Shown here piece by piece: positions 9,516 to 19,091 of a stretch of DNA of 44,510 nucleotides; position 1 is the first letter of the stretch; every line of letters starts with the position of its first letter. Source of the DNA: Enterobacteria phage mEp460. The DNA lies in the sequence record NC_019716.1. One strand, 5' to 3'. The position numbers and the translations under genes were made by a program. The notes beneath the pieces were generated by a model, which made no database searches, was not told the origin of the DNA, and worked only from the letters and a program-made list of their open reading frames with translations.

Positions 9516-12500
9516 TTTGGGGATTGATGCGGCAGAGTTTAAAAATGAAATTCCCCGTATCAAAAACCTTCTGAATGGTGCAGCCAGCGATGCAGAACGG
9601 TCTTCTGCCCGTATGCAGCGTTTTATGGAGCGTCAGACTCAGGCCGCCCGGCAGACAACGCAGGCGGCTTCTTCGGCTGCAACAGCCGCATCCGTCCATG
9701 CGCAGACGGTGGAGAAGAACGCACAGGCTCATGAACGCATGTCCCGCGAGGTGGAGAAAACCCGCCAGCGCATGGAGGCACTGAGCCAGAAAATGCGCGA
9801 GGAACAGGCGCAGGCCATGGCTCTGGCGGAGGCTCAGGATAAAGCGGCTGCTGCGTTTTATCGTCAGATTGACAGTGTGAAACAGGCCGGTGCGGGGCTG
9901 CAGGAATTACAGCGTATTCAGCAGCAGATCCGACAGGCCAGAAACAGTGGCGGGATTGGTCAGCAGGATTATCTGGCGCTGATTTCTGAGGTTACGGCGA
10001 AAACCCGTGTTCTTACACAGGCTGAGGAAGAGGCTACCCGACAGAAAGTGGCGTTTATCCGTCAGCTTAAAGAGCAGGCAACCCGCCAGAATCTTTCATC
10101 TTCTGAGTTGCTTCGTGCTAAGGCTGCCCAGCTGGGGGTAAGCAGTGCTGCAGAAGTGTATATCCGCAAAATGGAGCAGGCAGGAAAAGCCACGCATTCG
10201 CTGGGTCTGAAAAGTGCAGCGGCCCGCCAGGAGATAGGCGTTCTGATAGGTGAACTGGCCCGCGGCAATTTAGGGGCGCTGAGGGGATCCGGGATAACGC
10301 TGGCTAACCGTGCCGGATGGATAGACACACTGATGTCACCGAAAGGCATGATGCTGGGCGGGGTTATTGGCGGTATTGCCGCGGCTGTCTATGGTCTGGG
10401 TAAAGCCTGGTATGACGGTCAGAAGGAGGGGGAAGAATTTAACCGCCAGTTGTCGCTGACGGGGCATTATGCCGGAGTCACTGCCGGGCAGCTGTGGACG
10501 CTTAGTCGTGCTATTTCCGGGAATGGTATCACGCAACATGCTGCAGCCGGTGCGCTGGCTCAGGTGGTGGGGAGTGGTGCATTTCGTGGAAACGATATCG
10601 GTATGGTGGCGAGAGCTGCCGCACAGATGGAGCGATCGGTTGGCCAGTCGGTCAGCGATACCATAAATCAGTTTAAGCGGCTGAAGGATGATCCTGTAAA
10701 TGCCGCGAAGGCTCTGGACAATGAGCTGCATTTTCTTACTGCCACTCAGCTTGAGCAGATACGCGTCCTTGGGGAACAGGGGCGGTCCAGTGATGCGGCA
10801 CGGATAGCCATGTCTGCTCTGGCAGAGGAAACCGGTCGGCGTACTGCGGATATTGATAATAACCTCAATGCGCTGGGCAGTACGCTGAAGTATCTGTCTG
10901 ATTTATGGAGTCGTTTCTGGGATGCGGCCATGAATATTGGTCGTGAAGACTCGCTGGATGAACAGATTTCCGCTTTACAGGAGAAAGTGTCGCGGGCGAA
11001 AAGACTCCCCTGGACGGCATCATCTTTTCAGGTTGAGTACGATCAGCAGCGTCTTAACGAGCTTCAGGAGAAAAAACGCCAGAAGGATTTGCAGGATGCA
11101 AAAGAGCAGGCAGAGCGGAATTATCAGGAGCAACAGAAACGCCGTAATGCTGAAAATGCTGCACTGAACCGGATGAATGAAACGGAAGCAGCACGACATC
11201 AGCGTGAAATTGCGCGTATTAATGCCATGCAGTACGCCGATCAGACTGTCAGGGATGCGGCGATACAACGTGAAAATGAACGTTACGAGAAAGCCCTGGC
11301 ATCCGGTAAGAAAAAAACACGCGAAACCCGTAATGATGAGGCCACCCGGTTATTGCTGCAGTTCAGTCAGCAACAGGCACAGGTGGAAGGACAGATTGCT
11401 GCTGCCAGACAGTCAGCAGGCATTGCCACGGAAAGGATGACAGAAGCGCATAAACAGCTTCTGGCTCTGCAGCAGCGCATCAGCGACCTGGACGGGAAAA
11501 AACTGACGGCAGATGAAAAGAGTTTGCTGGCCCGTAAAGATGAACTGATTCAGGCACTGGCGCTGCTGGATGTAAAACAGCAGGAGCTTCAGAAACAGAC
11601 GGCACTCAACGAGCTGAAGAAAAAAACAATTCAGCTGACCAGTCAACTGGCTGAAGAAGAGCGCGCTCAGCGTCAGCAACATGACCTGGATATCGCCACG
11701 GTGGGTATGGGTGATCAGCAGCGGCAGCGATATCAGGTACAACTGAGTCTTCGCCAGAAATACCAGCAACAGCTGGAGCAGTTGAGGCGGGATAGTGAGC
11801 AGAAAGGGACATATAACACGGATGACTACAGAAAGGCCGAGCAGGCGCTGACGGAGAGCCTGAACCGACAACTGAATGAGAATCGCCGTTACTGGCAACA
11901 GCTTGAAGTTGTGCAGGGTAACTGGAAAAACGGAGTCCTGCGTGCATTTCAGGATTTTACCGTGGATGCAGATAATACGGCAGGAACAGCAGAACAGGTG
12001 TTCTCGTCAGCCTTCAGCAACATGGGAAATGGCCTGGCAACTTTTGTCACTACCGGCAAACTCAATTTCAAATCCTTCACCTCTTCTGTGCTGTCAGATA
12101 TGGCGAAAATCCTGGCGCAGGCAACCATGATGAAATCGATAAAAGGGATTGGCAGTGTACTGGGATTTGATCTCAGCAGCCTTTCCCTGAATGCCAATGG
12201 GGGGATTTATCAGTCTGCTGATTTGAGTCGTTACAGTGGCACGGTGGTTAACCGTCCGACGTTTTTTGCTTTTGCAAAAGGCGCGGGTGTGATGGGGGAA
12301 GCGGGACCTGAAGCCATTCTGCCTCTGCGTCGTGGTGCTGACGGTAAGCTGGGGGTTGTGGCGGATATTGGTGGTTCAGGTATGGCGATGTTTGCCCCGC
12401 AGTACAACATCGAGATCAATAACGATGGCACGAACGGGCAGATAGGTCCGGCTGCCCTGAAGGTGGTTTATGACCTTGGGAAAAAAGCAGCAGCGGACTT

Positions 12501-12552
12501 TATGCAACAGCAGGCCCGTGATGGTGGTCGGTTAAGTGGAGCATATCGGTAA
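9487..12552 (+). CDS. H: Tail tape measure protein H
   Basis: 1021 aa, coiled-coil rich; N-terminus (LVIDLGIDAAEF) and C-terminus (INNDGTNGQIGPAALKVVYD) match lambda gpH. Confidence 0.9.
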   Translation: MDQIANLVIDLGIDAAEFKNEIPRIKNLLNGAASDAERSSARMQRFMERQTQAARQTTQAASSAATAASVHAQTVEKNAQAHERMSREVEKTRQRMEALSQKMREEQAQAMALAEAQDKAAAAFYRQIDSVKQAGAGLQELQRIQQQIRQARNSGGIGQQDYLALISEVTAKTRVLTQAEEEATRQKVAFIRQLKEQATRQNLSSSELLRAKAAQLGVSSAAEVYIRKMEQAGKATHSLGLKSAAARQEIGVLIGELARGNLGALRGSGITLANRAGWIDTLMSPKGMMLGGVIGGIAAAVYGLGKAWYDGQKEGEEFNRQLSLTGHYAGVTAGQLWTLSRAISGNGITQHAAAGALAQVVGSGAFRGNDIGMVARAAAQMERSVGQSVSDTINQFKRLKDDPVNAAKALDNELHFLTATQLEQIRVLGEQGRSSDAARIAMSALAEETGRRTADIDNNLNALGSTLKYLSDLWSRFWDAAMNIGREDSLDEQISALQEKVSRAKRLPWTASSFQVEYDQQRLNELQEKKRQKDLQDAKEQAERNYQEQQKRRNAENAALNRMNETEAARHQREIARINAMQYADQTVRDAAIQRENERYEKALASGKKKTRETRNDEATRLLLQFSQQQAQVEGQIAAARQSAGIATERMTEAHKQLLALQQRISDLDGKKLTADEKSLLARKDELIQALALLDVKQQELQKQTALNELKKKTIQLTSQLAEEERAQRQQHDLDIATVGMGDQQRQRYQVQLSLRQKYQQQLEQLRRDSEQKGTYNTDDYRKAEQALTESLNRQLNENRRYWQQLEVVQGNWKNGVLRAFQDFTVDADNTAGTAEQVFSSAFSNMGNGLATFVTTGKLNFKSFTSSVLSDMAKILAQATMMKSIKGIGSVLGFDLSSLSLNANGGIYQSADLSRYSGTVVNRPTFFAFAKGAGVMGEAGPEAILPLRRGADGKLGVVADIGGSGMAMFAPQYNIEINNDGTNGQIGPAALKVVYDLGKKAAADFMQQQARDGGRLSGAYR

Positions 12553-12881
12553 TGGAGACGTTTCACTGGAAAGTGCGCCCGGATATGAATGTGGTATCAG
12601 AGCCGAAAGTGGTGACAGTGAAGCTGGGCGATGGTTATGAACAGCGTCGTGCGGCGGGACTGAATAACCAGTTGTCGACTTACAGCGTGACGATACGTGT
12701 TCGTAAATGTGAACACCCATCTTTAAAAGCCTTTCTGGAACGGCACGGTGGCGTCCGCGCATTTCAGTGGACGCCACCTTATGACTGGAAACCGATTAGG
12801 GTGGTTTGTCGTAAATGGTCGGCAAGCGTGGGGGCGCTGTGGGTAACCATAACGGCAGATTTTGAACAGGTCGTGGCATAG
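12552..12881 (+). CDS. M: Minor tail protein M
   Basis: 109 aa, same length as lambda gpM with METFHWKV...GDGYEQR...WTPPYDW motifs. Confidence 0.9.
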   Translation: METFHWKVRPDMNVVSEPKVVTVKLGDGYEQRRAAGLNNQLSTYSVTIRVRKCEHPSLKAFLERHGGVRAFQWTPPYDWKPIRVVCRKWSASVGALWVTITADFEQVVA

Positions 12882-12890
12882 GAGGCTCTG

Positions 12891-13589
12891 ATGCAGGATA
12901 TTCCACAGGAAACACATCATGAGACGACACGCCTCACTCAGTCAGCCCAGGTGGTGCTCTGGGAAATCGATCTGACAGAGGTCGGTGGTGAACGTTATTT
13001 TTTCTGTAATGAGCAGAACGAAAAAGGTGAGCCGGTTACCTGGCAGGGGCGGCAGTATCAGGCATACCCCATTCAGGGGACAGGATTTGAACTGAACGGC
13101 AAGGGCAGTGCTGCCCGTCCGACACTGACGGTTTCTAACCTGCACGGCATGGTCACGGGGATGGCGGAAGACCTGCAGAGTCTGGTCGGCGGAACGGTGG
13201 TCAGGCGTAAGGTTTACGCCCGTTTTCTGGATGCGGTGAACTTCGTCAACGGAAACAGCGACGCCGATCCGGAGCAGGAGGTGATCAGCCGCTGGCGCAT
13301 CGAGCAGTGCAGCGAACTGAGTGCGGTCAGTGCCTCCTTTGTGTTGTCCACACCGACGGAAACGGATGGTGCCGTTTTTCCGGGGCGCATCATGCTGGCT
13401 AATACCTGCACCTGGACCTATCGCGGTGATGAGTGCGGTTATCACGGTCCGGCTGTCGCGGATGAATATGATCAGCCGACGTCCGATATCACGAAGGATA
13501 AATGCAGCAAATGCCTGAGTGGCTGTAAGTTTCGCAATAACGTCGGCAACTTTGGCGGCTTCCTTTCCATTAACAAACTTTCGCAGTAA
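12891..13589 (+). CDS. L: Minor tail protein L
   Basis: 232 aa, same length as lambda gpL; Cys-cluster C-terminus. Confidence 0.9.
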   Translation: MQDIPQETHHETTRLTQSAQVVLWEIDLTEVGGERYFFCNEQNEKGEPVTWQGRQYQAYPIQGTGFELNGKGSAARPTLTVSNLHGMVTGMAEDLQSLVGGTVVRRKVYARFLDAVNFVNGNSDADPEQEVISRWRIEQCSELSAVSASFVLSTPTETDGAVFPGRIMLANTCTWTYRGDECGYHGPAVADEYDQPTSDITKDKCSKCLSGCKFRNNVGNFGGFLSINKLSQ

Positions 13590-13594
13590 ATCCC

Positions 13595-14338
13595 ATGACA
13601 GAGACAGAATCAGCGATTCTGGCGCACGCCCGGCGATGTGCGCCAGCGGAGTCGTGCGGCTTCGTGGTGAGAACGCCGGAAGGGGAAAGATATTTTCCCT
13701 GCGTGAATATCTCCGGTGAGCCGGAGGCGTATTTCCGTATGTCGCCGGAGGACTGGCTGAGGGCAGAGATGCAGGGTGAGATTGTGGCGCTGGTCCACAG
13801 CCACCCCGGTGGTCTGCCCTGGCTGAGTGAGGCCGACCGGCGGCTGCAGGTGCAGAGTGATTTGCCGTGGTGGCTGGTCTGCCGGGGTGAGATTCATAAA
13901 TTCCGCTGTGTGCCGCATCTCACCGGGCGGCGCTTTGAGCACGGGGTGACGGACTGTTACACGCTGTTCCGGGATGCTTACCATCTGGCGGGGATTGAGA
14001 TGCCGGATTTTCATCGCGAGGATGACTGGTGGCGTCACGGTCAGAATCTCTATCTGGATAATCTGGAGGCAACGGGGCTATATCAGGTGCCGTTGTCAGC
14101 GGCGCAGCCGGGCGATGTGCTGCTGTGCTGTTTTGGTTCATCGGTGCCGAATCATGCCGCTATTTACTGCGGCGACGGCGAGCTGCTGCACCATATTCCT
14201 GAACAACTGAGCAAACGAGAGAGGTATACCGACAAATGGCAGCGACGCACACACTCCCTCTGGCGTCACCGGGCATGGCACGCATCTGCCTTTACGGGGA
14301 TTTGCAACGATTTGGCCGCCGCATCGACCTTCGTGTGA
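13595..14338 (+). CDS. K: Tail assembly protein K (MPN/JAB plus NlpC/P60 domains)
   Basis: HSHPGG JAB-like motif and downstream Cys-His region; overlaps I by 103 nt as in lambda; alternative start at ATG 13739 gives a 200-aa lambda-length product. Confidence 0.8.
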   Translation: MTETESAILAHARRCAPAESCGFVVRTPEGERYFPCVNISGEPEAYFRMSPEDWLRAEMQGEIVALVHSHPGGLPWLSEADRRLQVQSDLPWWLVCRGEIHKFRCVPHLTGRRFEHGVTDCYTLFRDAYHLAGIEMPDFHREDDWWRHGQNLYLDNLEATGLYQVPLSAAQPGDVLLCCFGSSVPNHAAIYCGDGELLHHIPEQLSKRERYTDKWQRRTHSLWRHRAWHASAFTGICNDLAAASTFV

Positions 14339-14883
14339 AAACGGGGGCCGAAGCCATCCGGGCGCTGGCCACACAGCTCCCGGTGTTTCGTCAGAAACTG
14401 AATGAGGGCTGGTATCAGGTGCGCATTGCCGGGCGTGATGCAGGCGAAAATGAATTATCTGCCCGTCTTAATGAGCCGCTGGCAAATGGTGCCGTGATCC
14501 ACATCGTGCCGCGTCTGGCGGGAGCTAAAAGTGGCGGTGTGTTTCAGGTGGTGCTTGGGGCGGCGCTGATTGCGGTGGCATGGTGGAACCCTGTGGGCTG
14601 GCTGGGGGCCGCGGCTGTATCGGGCATGTATGCGGCAGGGGCCAGTATGATCCTGGGCGGAGTGGCGCAGATGCTGGCACCGAAAGCCAGGACGCCCACG
14701 GCAGCCAGTACAGATAACGGCAAACAGAACACCTATTTCTCCTCACTGGATAACATGGTTGCCCAGGGCAATGTTCTGCCTGTTCTGTACGGTGAAATGC
14801 GCGTGGGGTCACGTGTGGTTTCTCAGGAGATCAGCACGGCAGACGAAGGGGATGGTGGTCAGGTTGTGGTGATTGGTCGCTGA
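14236..14883 (+). CDS. I: Tail assembly protein I
   Basis: Starts MAATHTLPLASPGMARICLYGDLQRFG..., ends NGKQNTYFSSLDNMVAQGNVLPVLYGEMRVGSRVVSQEI, as lambda gpI. Confidence 0.85.
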   Translation: MAATHTLPLASPGMARICLYGDLQRFGRRIDLRVKTGAEAIRALATQLPVFRQKLNEGWYQVRIAGRDAGENELSARLNEPLANGAVIHIVPRLAGAKSGGVFQVVLGAALIAVAWWNPVGWLGAAAVSGMYAAGASMILGGVAQMLAPKARTPTAASTDNGKQNTYFSSLDNMVAQGNVLPVLYGEMRVGSRVVSQEISTADEGDGGQVVVIGR

Positions 14884-14943
14884 TGCAAAATGTTTTATGT
14901 GAAACCGCCTCCGGGCGGTTTTGTCGTTTATGGAGCGTGAGGA

Positions 14944-17900
14944 ATGGGTAAAGGCAGCAGTAAGGGGCATACCCCGCGCGAAGCAAAGGACAACCTGAAG
15001 TCCACGCAGTTGCTGAGTGTGATCGATGCCATCAGCGAAGGGCCGATTGAAGGTCCGGTGGATGGATTAAAAAGCGTGCTGCTGAACAGTACACCGGTGC
15101 TGGACAGTGAGGGGAATACTAACATCTCCGGTGTCACGGTGGTGTTCCGGGCAGGTGAGCAGGAACAGACACCGCCGGAGGGATTTGAATCCTCCGGTTC
15201 CGAGACGGTACTGGGTACGGAAGTGAAATACGACACGCCGATCACCCGGACCATCACGTCGGCAAACATTGACCGTCTGCGCTTTACCTTCGGTGTGCAG
15301 GCACTGGTGGAAACCACCTCAAAGGGGGATAGGAATCCGTCGGAAGTTCGCCTGCTGGTTCAGATACAACGTAACGGTGGCTGGGTGACGGAAAAAGACA
15401 TCACCATTAAGGGCAAAACCACCTCGCAGTATCTGGCCTCGGTAGTGGTGGATAATCTGCCGCCGCGCCCGTTCAACATCCGGATGCGCAGGATGACGCC
15501 GGACAGCACCACAGACCAGCTGCAGAACAAAACGCTCTGGTCGTCATACACCGAAATCATCGATGTGAAACAGTGCTACCCGAACACGGCACTGGTCGGC
15601 GTACAGGTGGATTCGGAGCAGTTCGGCAGCCAGCAGGTGAGCCGTAATTATCATCTTCGCGGGCGTATTCTGCAGGTGCCGTCGAACTATAACCCGCAGA
15701 CGCGGCAATACAGCGGTATCTGGGACGGAACGTTTAAGCCAGCATACAGCAACAACATGGCCTGGTGTCTGTGGGATATGCTGACCCACCCGCGCTACGG
15801 CATGGGTAAACGTCTTGGTGCGGCAGATGTGGATAAATGGGCGCTGTATGTCATCGGCCAGTGTTGCGACCAGTCGGTGCCGGACGGTTTTGGCGGCACG
15901 GAGCCGCGCATCACCTGTAATGCCTGGCTGACCACACAGCGTAAGGCGTGGGATGTTCTCAGTGATTTCTGCTCGGCGATGCGCTGTATGCCGGTATGGA
16001 ACGGGCAGACGCTGACGTTCGTGCAGGACCGACCATCAGATAAGGTGTGGACCTATAACCGCAGTAATGTGGTGATGCCGGATGATGGCGCGCCGTTCCG
16101 CTACAGCTTCAGCGCCCTGAAGGACCGCCATAATGCCGTTGAGGTGAACTGGATTGACCCGGATAACGGCTGGGAGACGGCGACAGAGCTTGTGGAGGAC
16201 ACGCAAGCCATTGCCCGTTACGGTCGTAACGTCACGAAGATGGATGCCTTTGGCTGTACCAGGCGGGGGCAGGCGCACCGCGCCGGGCTGTGGCTGATTA
16301 AAACGGAACTGCTGGAGACGCAGACCGTGGACTTCAGCGTGGGTGCCGAAGGGCTTCGCCATGTGCCGGGCGATGTTATTGAAATCTGTGATGATGACTA
16401 TGCCGGTATCAGCACCGGCGGGCGCGTGCTGGCGGTGAACAGCCAGACGCGGACACTGACGCTCGACCGTGAAATCACGCTGCCATCCTCCGGCACCACG
16501 CTGATAAGCCTGGTTGACGGGCAGGGTAATCCGGTGAGCGTGGAGGTCCAGTCCGTCACCGACGGCGTGAAGGTAAAAGTGAGCCGTGTTCCTGACGGCG
16601 TTGCCGGATACAGCGTATGGGGGCTGAAGCTGCCGACGCTGCGCCAGCGCCTGTTCCGCTGCGTGAGTATCCGTGAGAACGATGACGGCACGTATGCCAT
16701 CACTGCCGTGCAGCATGTACCGGAGAAAGAAGCCATCGTGGATAACGGGGCGCACTTTGACGGTGACCAGAGTGGCACGGTGAATGGTGTCACGCCGCCA
16801 GCAGTTCAGCACCTGACCGCAGAAGTCACCGCAGACAGCGGGGAATACCAGGTGCTGGCGCGCTGGGACACGCCGAAGGTGGTGAAGGGGGTGAGCTTTA
16901 TGCTTCGCCTGACCGTGGCAGCGGACGACGGCAGTGAGCGGCTGGTCAGCACGGCCCGGACGACGGAAACCACATATCGCTTCACGCAGCTGGCGCTGGG
17001 AAATTACAGGCTGACAGTCCGGGCGGTAAATGCATGGGGACAGCAGGGCGATCCTGCATCGGTATTGTTCCGGATCGCCGCACCGGCAGCGCCGTCGCGG
17101 ATTGAGCTGACGCCGGGCTATTTTCAGATAACCGCCACGCCGCATCTTGCCGTTTATGATCCGACGGTACAGTTTGAGTTCTGGTTCTCGGAAAAGCGGA
17201 TTGCGGATATCAGGCAGGTTGAAACCACAGCCCGCTATCTTGGTACGGCGCTGTACTGGATAGCCGCCAGTATCAATATCAAACCGGGCCATGATTATTA
17301 CTTTTATATCCGCAGTGTGAACACAGTCGGCAAATCGGCATTTGTGGAGGCCGTCGGTCGGGCGAGCGATGATGCGGAAGGTTACCTGGATTTTTTCAAA
17401 GGCCAGATAACCGAATCCCATCTCGGCAAGGAGCTGCTGGAAAAAGTCGACCTGACGGAGGATAACGCCAGCAGACTGGATGAGTTTTCGAAAGAGTGGA
17501 AAGACGCCAACGATAAATGGAATGCCATGTGGGGCGTCAAAATTGAGCAGACCGAAGACGGTAAGCATTATGTCGCGGGGCTTGGCCTCAGCATGGAGGA
17601 TACAGAGGAAGGCAAACTGAGCCAGTTTCTGGTTGCCGCCAATCGTATCGCGTTTATTGACCCGGCAAACGGGAATGAAACGCCGATGTTTGTGGCGCAG
17701 GGCAACCAGATATTCATGAACGACGTGTTCCTCAAACGCCTGACGGCCCCCACCATTACCAGTGGTGGAAATCCACCGGTATTTTCCCTGACACCGGACG
17801 GAAAGCTGACCGCTAAAAATGCGGATATCAGTGGCAGTGTGAATGCGAACTCCGGGACGCTCAACAACGTCACGATAAATGAAAACTGTACGATTAAGGG

Positions 17901-18357
17901 TATGCTGGAGGCGAATCAGGTCAGAGGTGATTTTGTTAAAACAGTATCCAAATCATTCCCGAAAAAGGCAGGTACGTGGGGTAACACGGAAACACCAGAC
18001 GGGACGGTTACAGTCACCATCAGCGATGATCATAACTTTGACCGTCAAATCATTATTCCGCCCATTATCTTTAACGGTATAGCGTATGACGATCCGGGAA
18101 GTGGTAATAACCCGGGAGGTACAAGGTACACGGGGTATGGTTTTGAAGTTCGCAAAAACGGCGTATTAATCGCATCCAGAGAAACTAAAGGGGCCATTCC
18201 CGGTAGTTACAGTGCGGTTATTGATATGCCGAGTGGCAGGGGAAGCGTCACTCTGGAGTTTAAGGTTTTCCAGAAAGGCAATCAGGGGGCAGGCAATATC
18301 ACCGACTGTACGGTGATTGTGACCAAAAAGGCTGCTTCCGGCATCAGTATTCGTTGA
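14944..18357 (+). CDS. J: Central tail fibre / host specificity protein J
   Basis: 1137 aa, lambda gpJ-like N-terminus ([24 protein letters not shown]...) and fibronectin-III-like middle; C-terminal part read as divergent. Confidence 0.9.
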   Translation: MGKGSSKGHTPREAKDNLKSTQLLSVIDAISEGPIEGPVDGLKSVLLNSTPVLDSEGNTNISGVTVVFRAGEQEQTPPEGFESSGSETVLGTEVKYDTPITRTITSANIDRLRFTFGVQALVETTSKGDRNPSEVRLLVQIQRNGGWVTEKDITIKGKTTSQYLASVVVDNLPPRPFNIRMRRMTPDSTTDQLQNKTLWSSYTEIIDVKQCYPNTALVGVQVDSEQFGSQQVSRNYHLRGRILQVPSNYNPQTRQYSGIWDGTFKPAYSNNMAWCLWDMLTHPRYGMGKRLGAADVDKWALYVIGQCCDQSVPDGFGGTEPRITCNAWLTTQRKAWDVLSDFCSAMRCMPVWNGQTLTFVQDRPSDKVWTYNRSNVVMPDDGAPFRYSFSALKDRHNAVEVNWIDPDNGWETATELVEDTQAIARYGRNVTKMDAFGCTRRGQAHRAGLWLIKTELLETQTVDFSVGAEGLRHVPGDVIEICDDDYAGISTGGRVLAVNSQTRTLTLDREITLPSSGTTLISLVDGQGNPVSVEVQSVTDGVKVKVSRVPDGVAGYSVWGLKLPTLRQRLFRCVSIRENDDGTYAITAVQHVPEKEAIVDNGAHFDGDQSGTVNGVTPPAVQHLTAEVTADSGEYQVLARWDTPKVVKGVSFMLRLTVAADDGSERLVSTARTTETTYRFTQLALGNYRLTVRAVNAWGQQGDPASVLFRIAAPAAPSRIELTPGYFQITATPHLAVYDPTVQFEFWFSEKRIADIRQVETTARYLGTALYWIAASINIKPGHDYYFYIRSVNTVGKSAFVEAVGRASDDAEGYLDFFKGQITESHLGKELLEKVDLTEDNASRLDEFSKEWKDANDKWNAMWGVKIEQTEDGKHYVAGLGLSMEDTEEGKLSQFLVAANRIAFIDPANGNETPMFVAQGNQIFMNDVFLKRLTAPTITSGGNPPVFSLTPDGKLTAKNADISGSVNANSGTLNNVTINENCTIKGMLEANQVRGDFVKTVSKSFPKKAGTWGNTETPDGTVTVTISDDHNFDRQIIIPPIIFNGIAYDDPGSGNNPGGTRYTGYGFEVRKNGVLIASRETKGAIPGSYSAVIDMPSGRGSVTLEFKVFQKGNQGAGNITDCTVIVTKKAASGISIR

Positions 18358-18379
18358 AATATTTATAACCCCAATAAAG

Positions 18380-18404
18380 GGCGTCAGGAATGACGCCTTT
18401 TTTA
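18380..18404 (+). terminator. Intrinsic terminator after J
   Basis: GGCGTCA-GGAA-TGACGCC hairpin followed by TTTTTTT. Confidence 0.7.
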
Positions 18405-18427
18405 TTGCAGAAAAGCGAGAGGTAATT

Positions 18428-19027
18428 ATGCGTAAAGTTTGTGCAGCCATTTTGTCCGCAGCCATCTGTCTGGTCGTATCCGGTGCGCCTGCATGGGCGT
18501 CTGAACATCAGTCCACGCTAAGCGCGGGGTATCTTCATGCCTCGACGAACGTTCCCGGCAGCGATGATCTTAACGGGATTAACGTGAAATACCGTTATGA
18601 GTTTACGGACACGCTGGGGATGGTGACGTCATTCAGCTATGCAGAAGACAAGAATCGCCAGCTGACTCATTACAGCGATACCCGCTGGCATGAAGATTCC
18701 GTGCGTAACCGCTGGTTCAGCGTGATGGCGGGGCCGTCTGTGCGCGTGAATGAATGGTTCAGCGCGTATGCGATGGCGGGTGTGGCTTACAGCCGTATTT
18801 CGACTTTCTCCGGGGATTATCTCCGCGTAACTGACAACAAGGGGAAAACGCACGAAGTGCTGACCGGAAGTGATGACGGTCGCCGCAGCAACACGTCTCT
18901 GGCGTGGGGGGCTGGCGTGCAGTTTAACCCGACCGAATCCGTGGCCATTGATATTGCTTATGAAGGCTCCGGCAGTGGCGACTGGCGCACTGACGGTTTC
19001 ATCGTGGGTGTCGGTTATAAGTTCTGA
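18428..19027 (+). CDS. lom: Outer-membrane beta-barrel protein Lom (Ail/Lom/PagC family)
   Basis: 199 aa, signal peptide, alternating beta-strand pattern, C-terminal aromatic residue (...GYKF); lambda lom position. Confidence 0.85.
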   Translation: MRKVCAAILSAAICLVVSGAPAWASEHQSTLSAGYLHASTNVPGSDDLNGINVKYRYEFTDTLGMVTSFSYAEDKNRQLTHYSDTRWHEDSVRNRWFSVMAGPSVRVNEWFSAYAMAGVAYSRISTFSGDYLRVTDNKGKTHEVLTGSDDGRRSNTSLAWGAGVQFNPTESVAIDIAYEGSGSGDWRTDGFIVGVGYKF

Positions 19028-19053
19028 TTAGCCAGGTAACACAGTGTTATGAC

Positions 19054-19081
19054 AGCCCGCCGGTTCAGGCGGGCTTTTTTG
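19054..19081 (+). terminator. Intrinsic terminator after lom
   Basis: AGCCCGCC-GGTTCA-GGCGGGCT hairpin followed by TTTTTT. Confidence 0.7.
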
Positions 19082-19091
19082 TGGGGTGAAT

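Noticed and set aside
13739-14338. Shorter 200-aa version of gene K starting at the second in-frame ATG
   Set aside because: Not excluded; lambda K is about this length, but the upstream 48 codons look protein-like, so the longer ORF was reported with a note.
16036-17568. 510-aa ORF on the minus strand inside gene J
   Set aside because: Antisense to a strongly supported plus-strand J gene; Arg/Pro/His-rich composition typical of GC-rich antisense frames; no RBS context.
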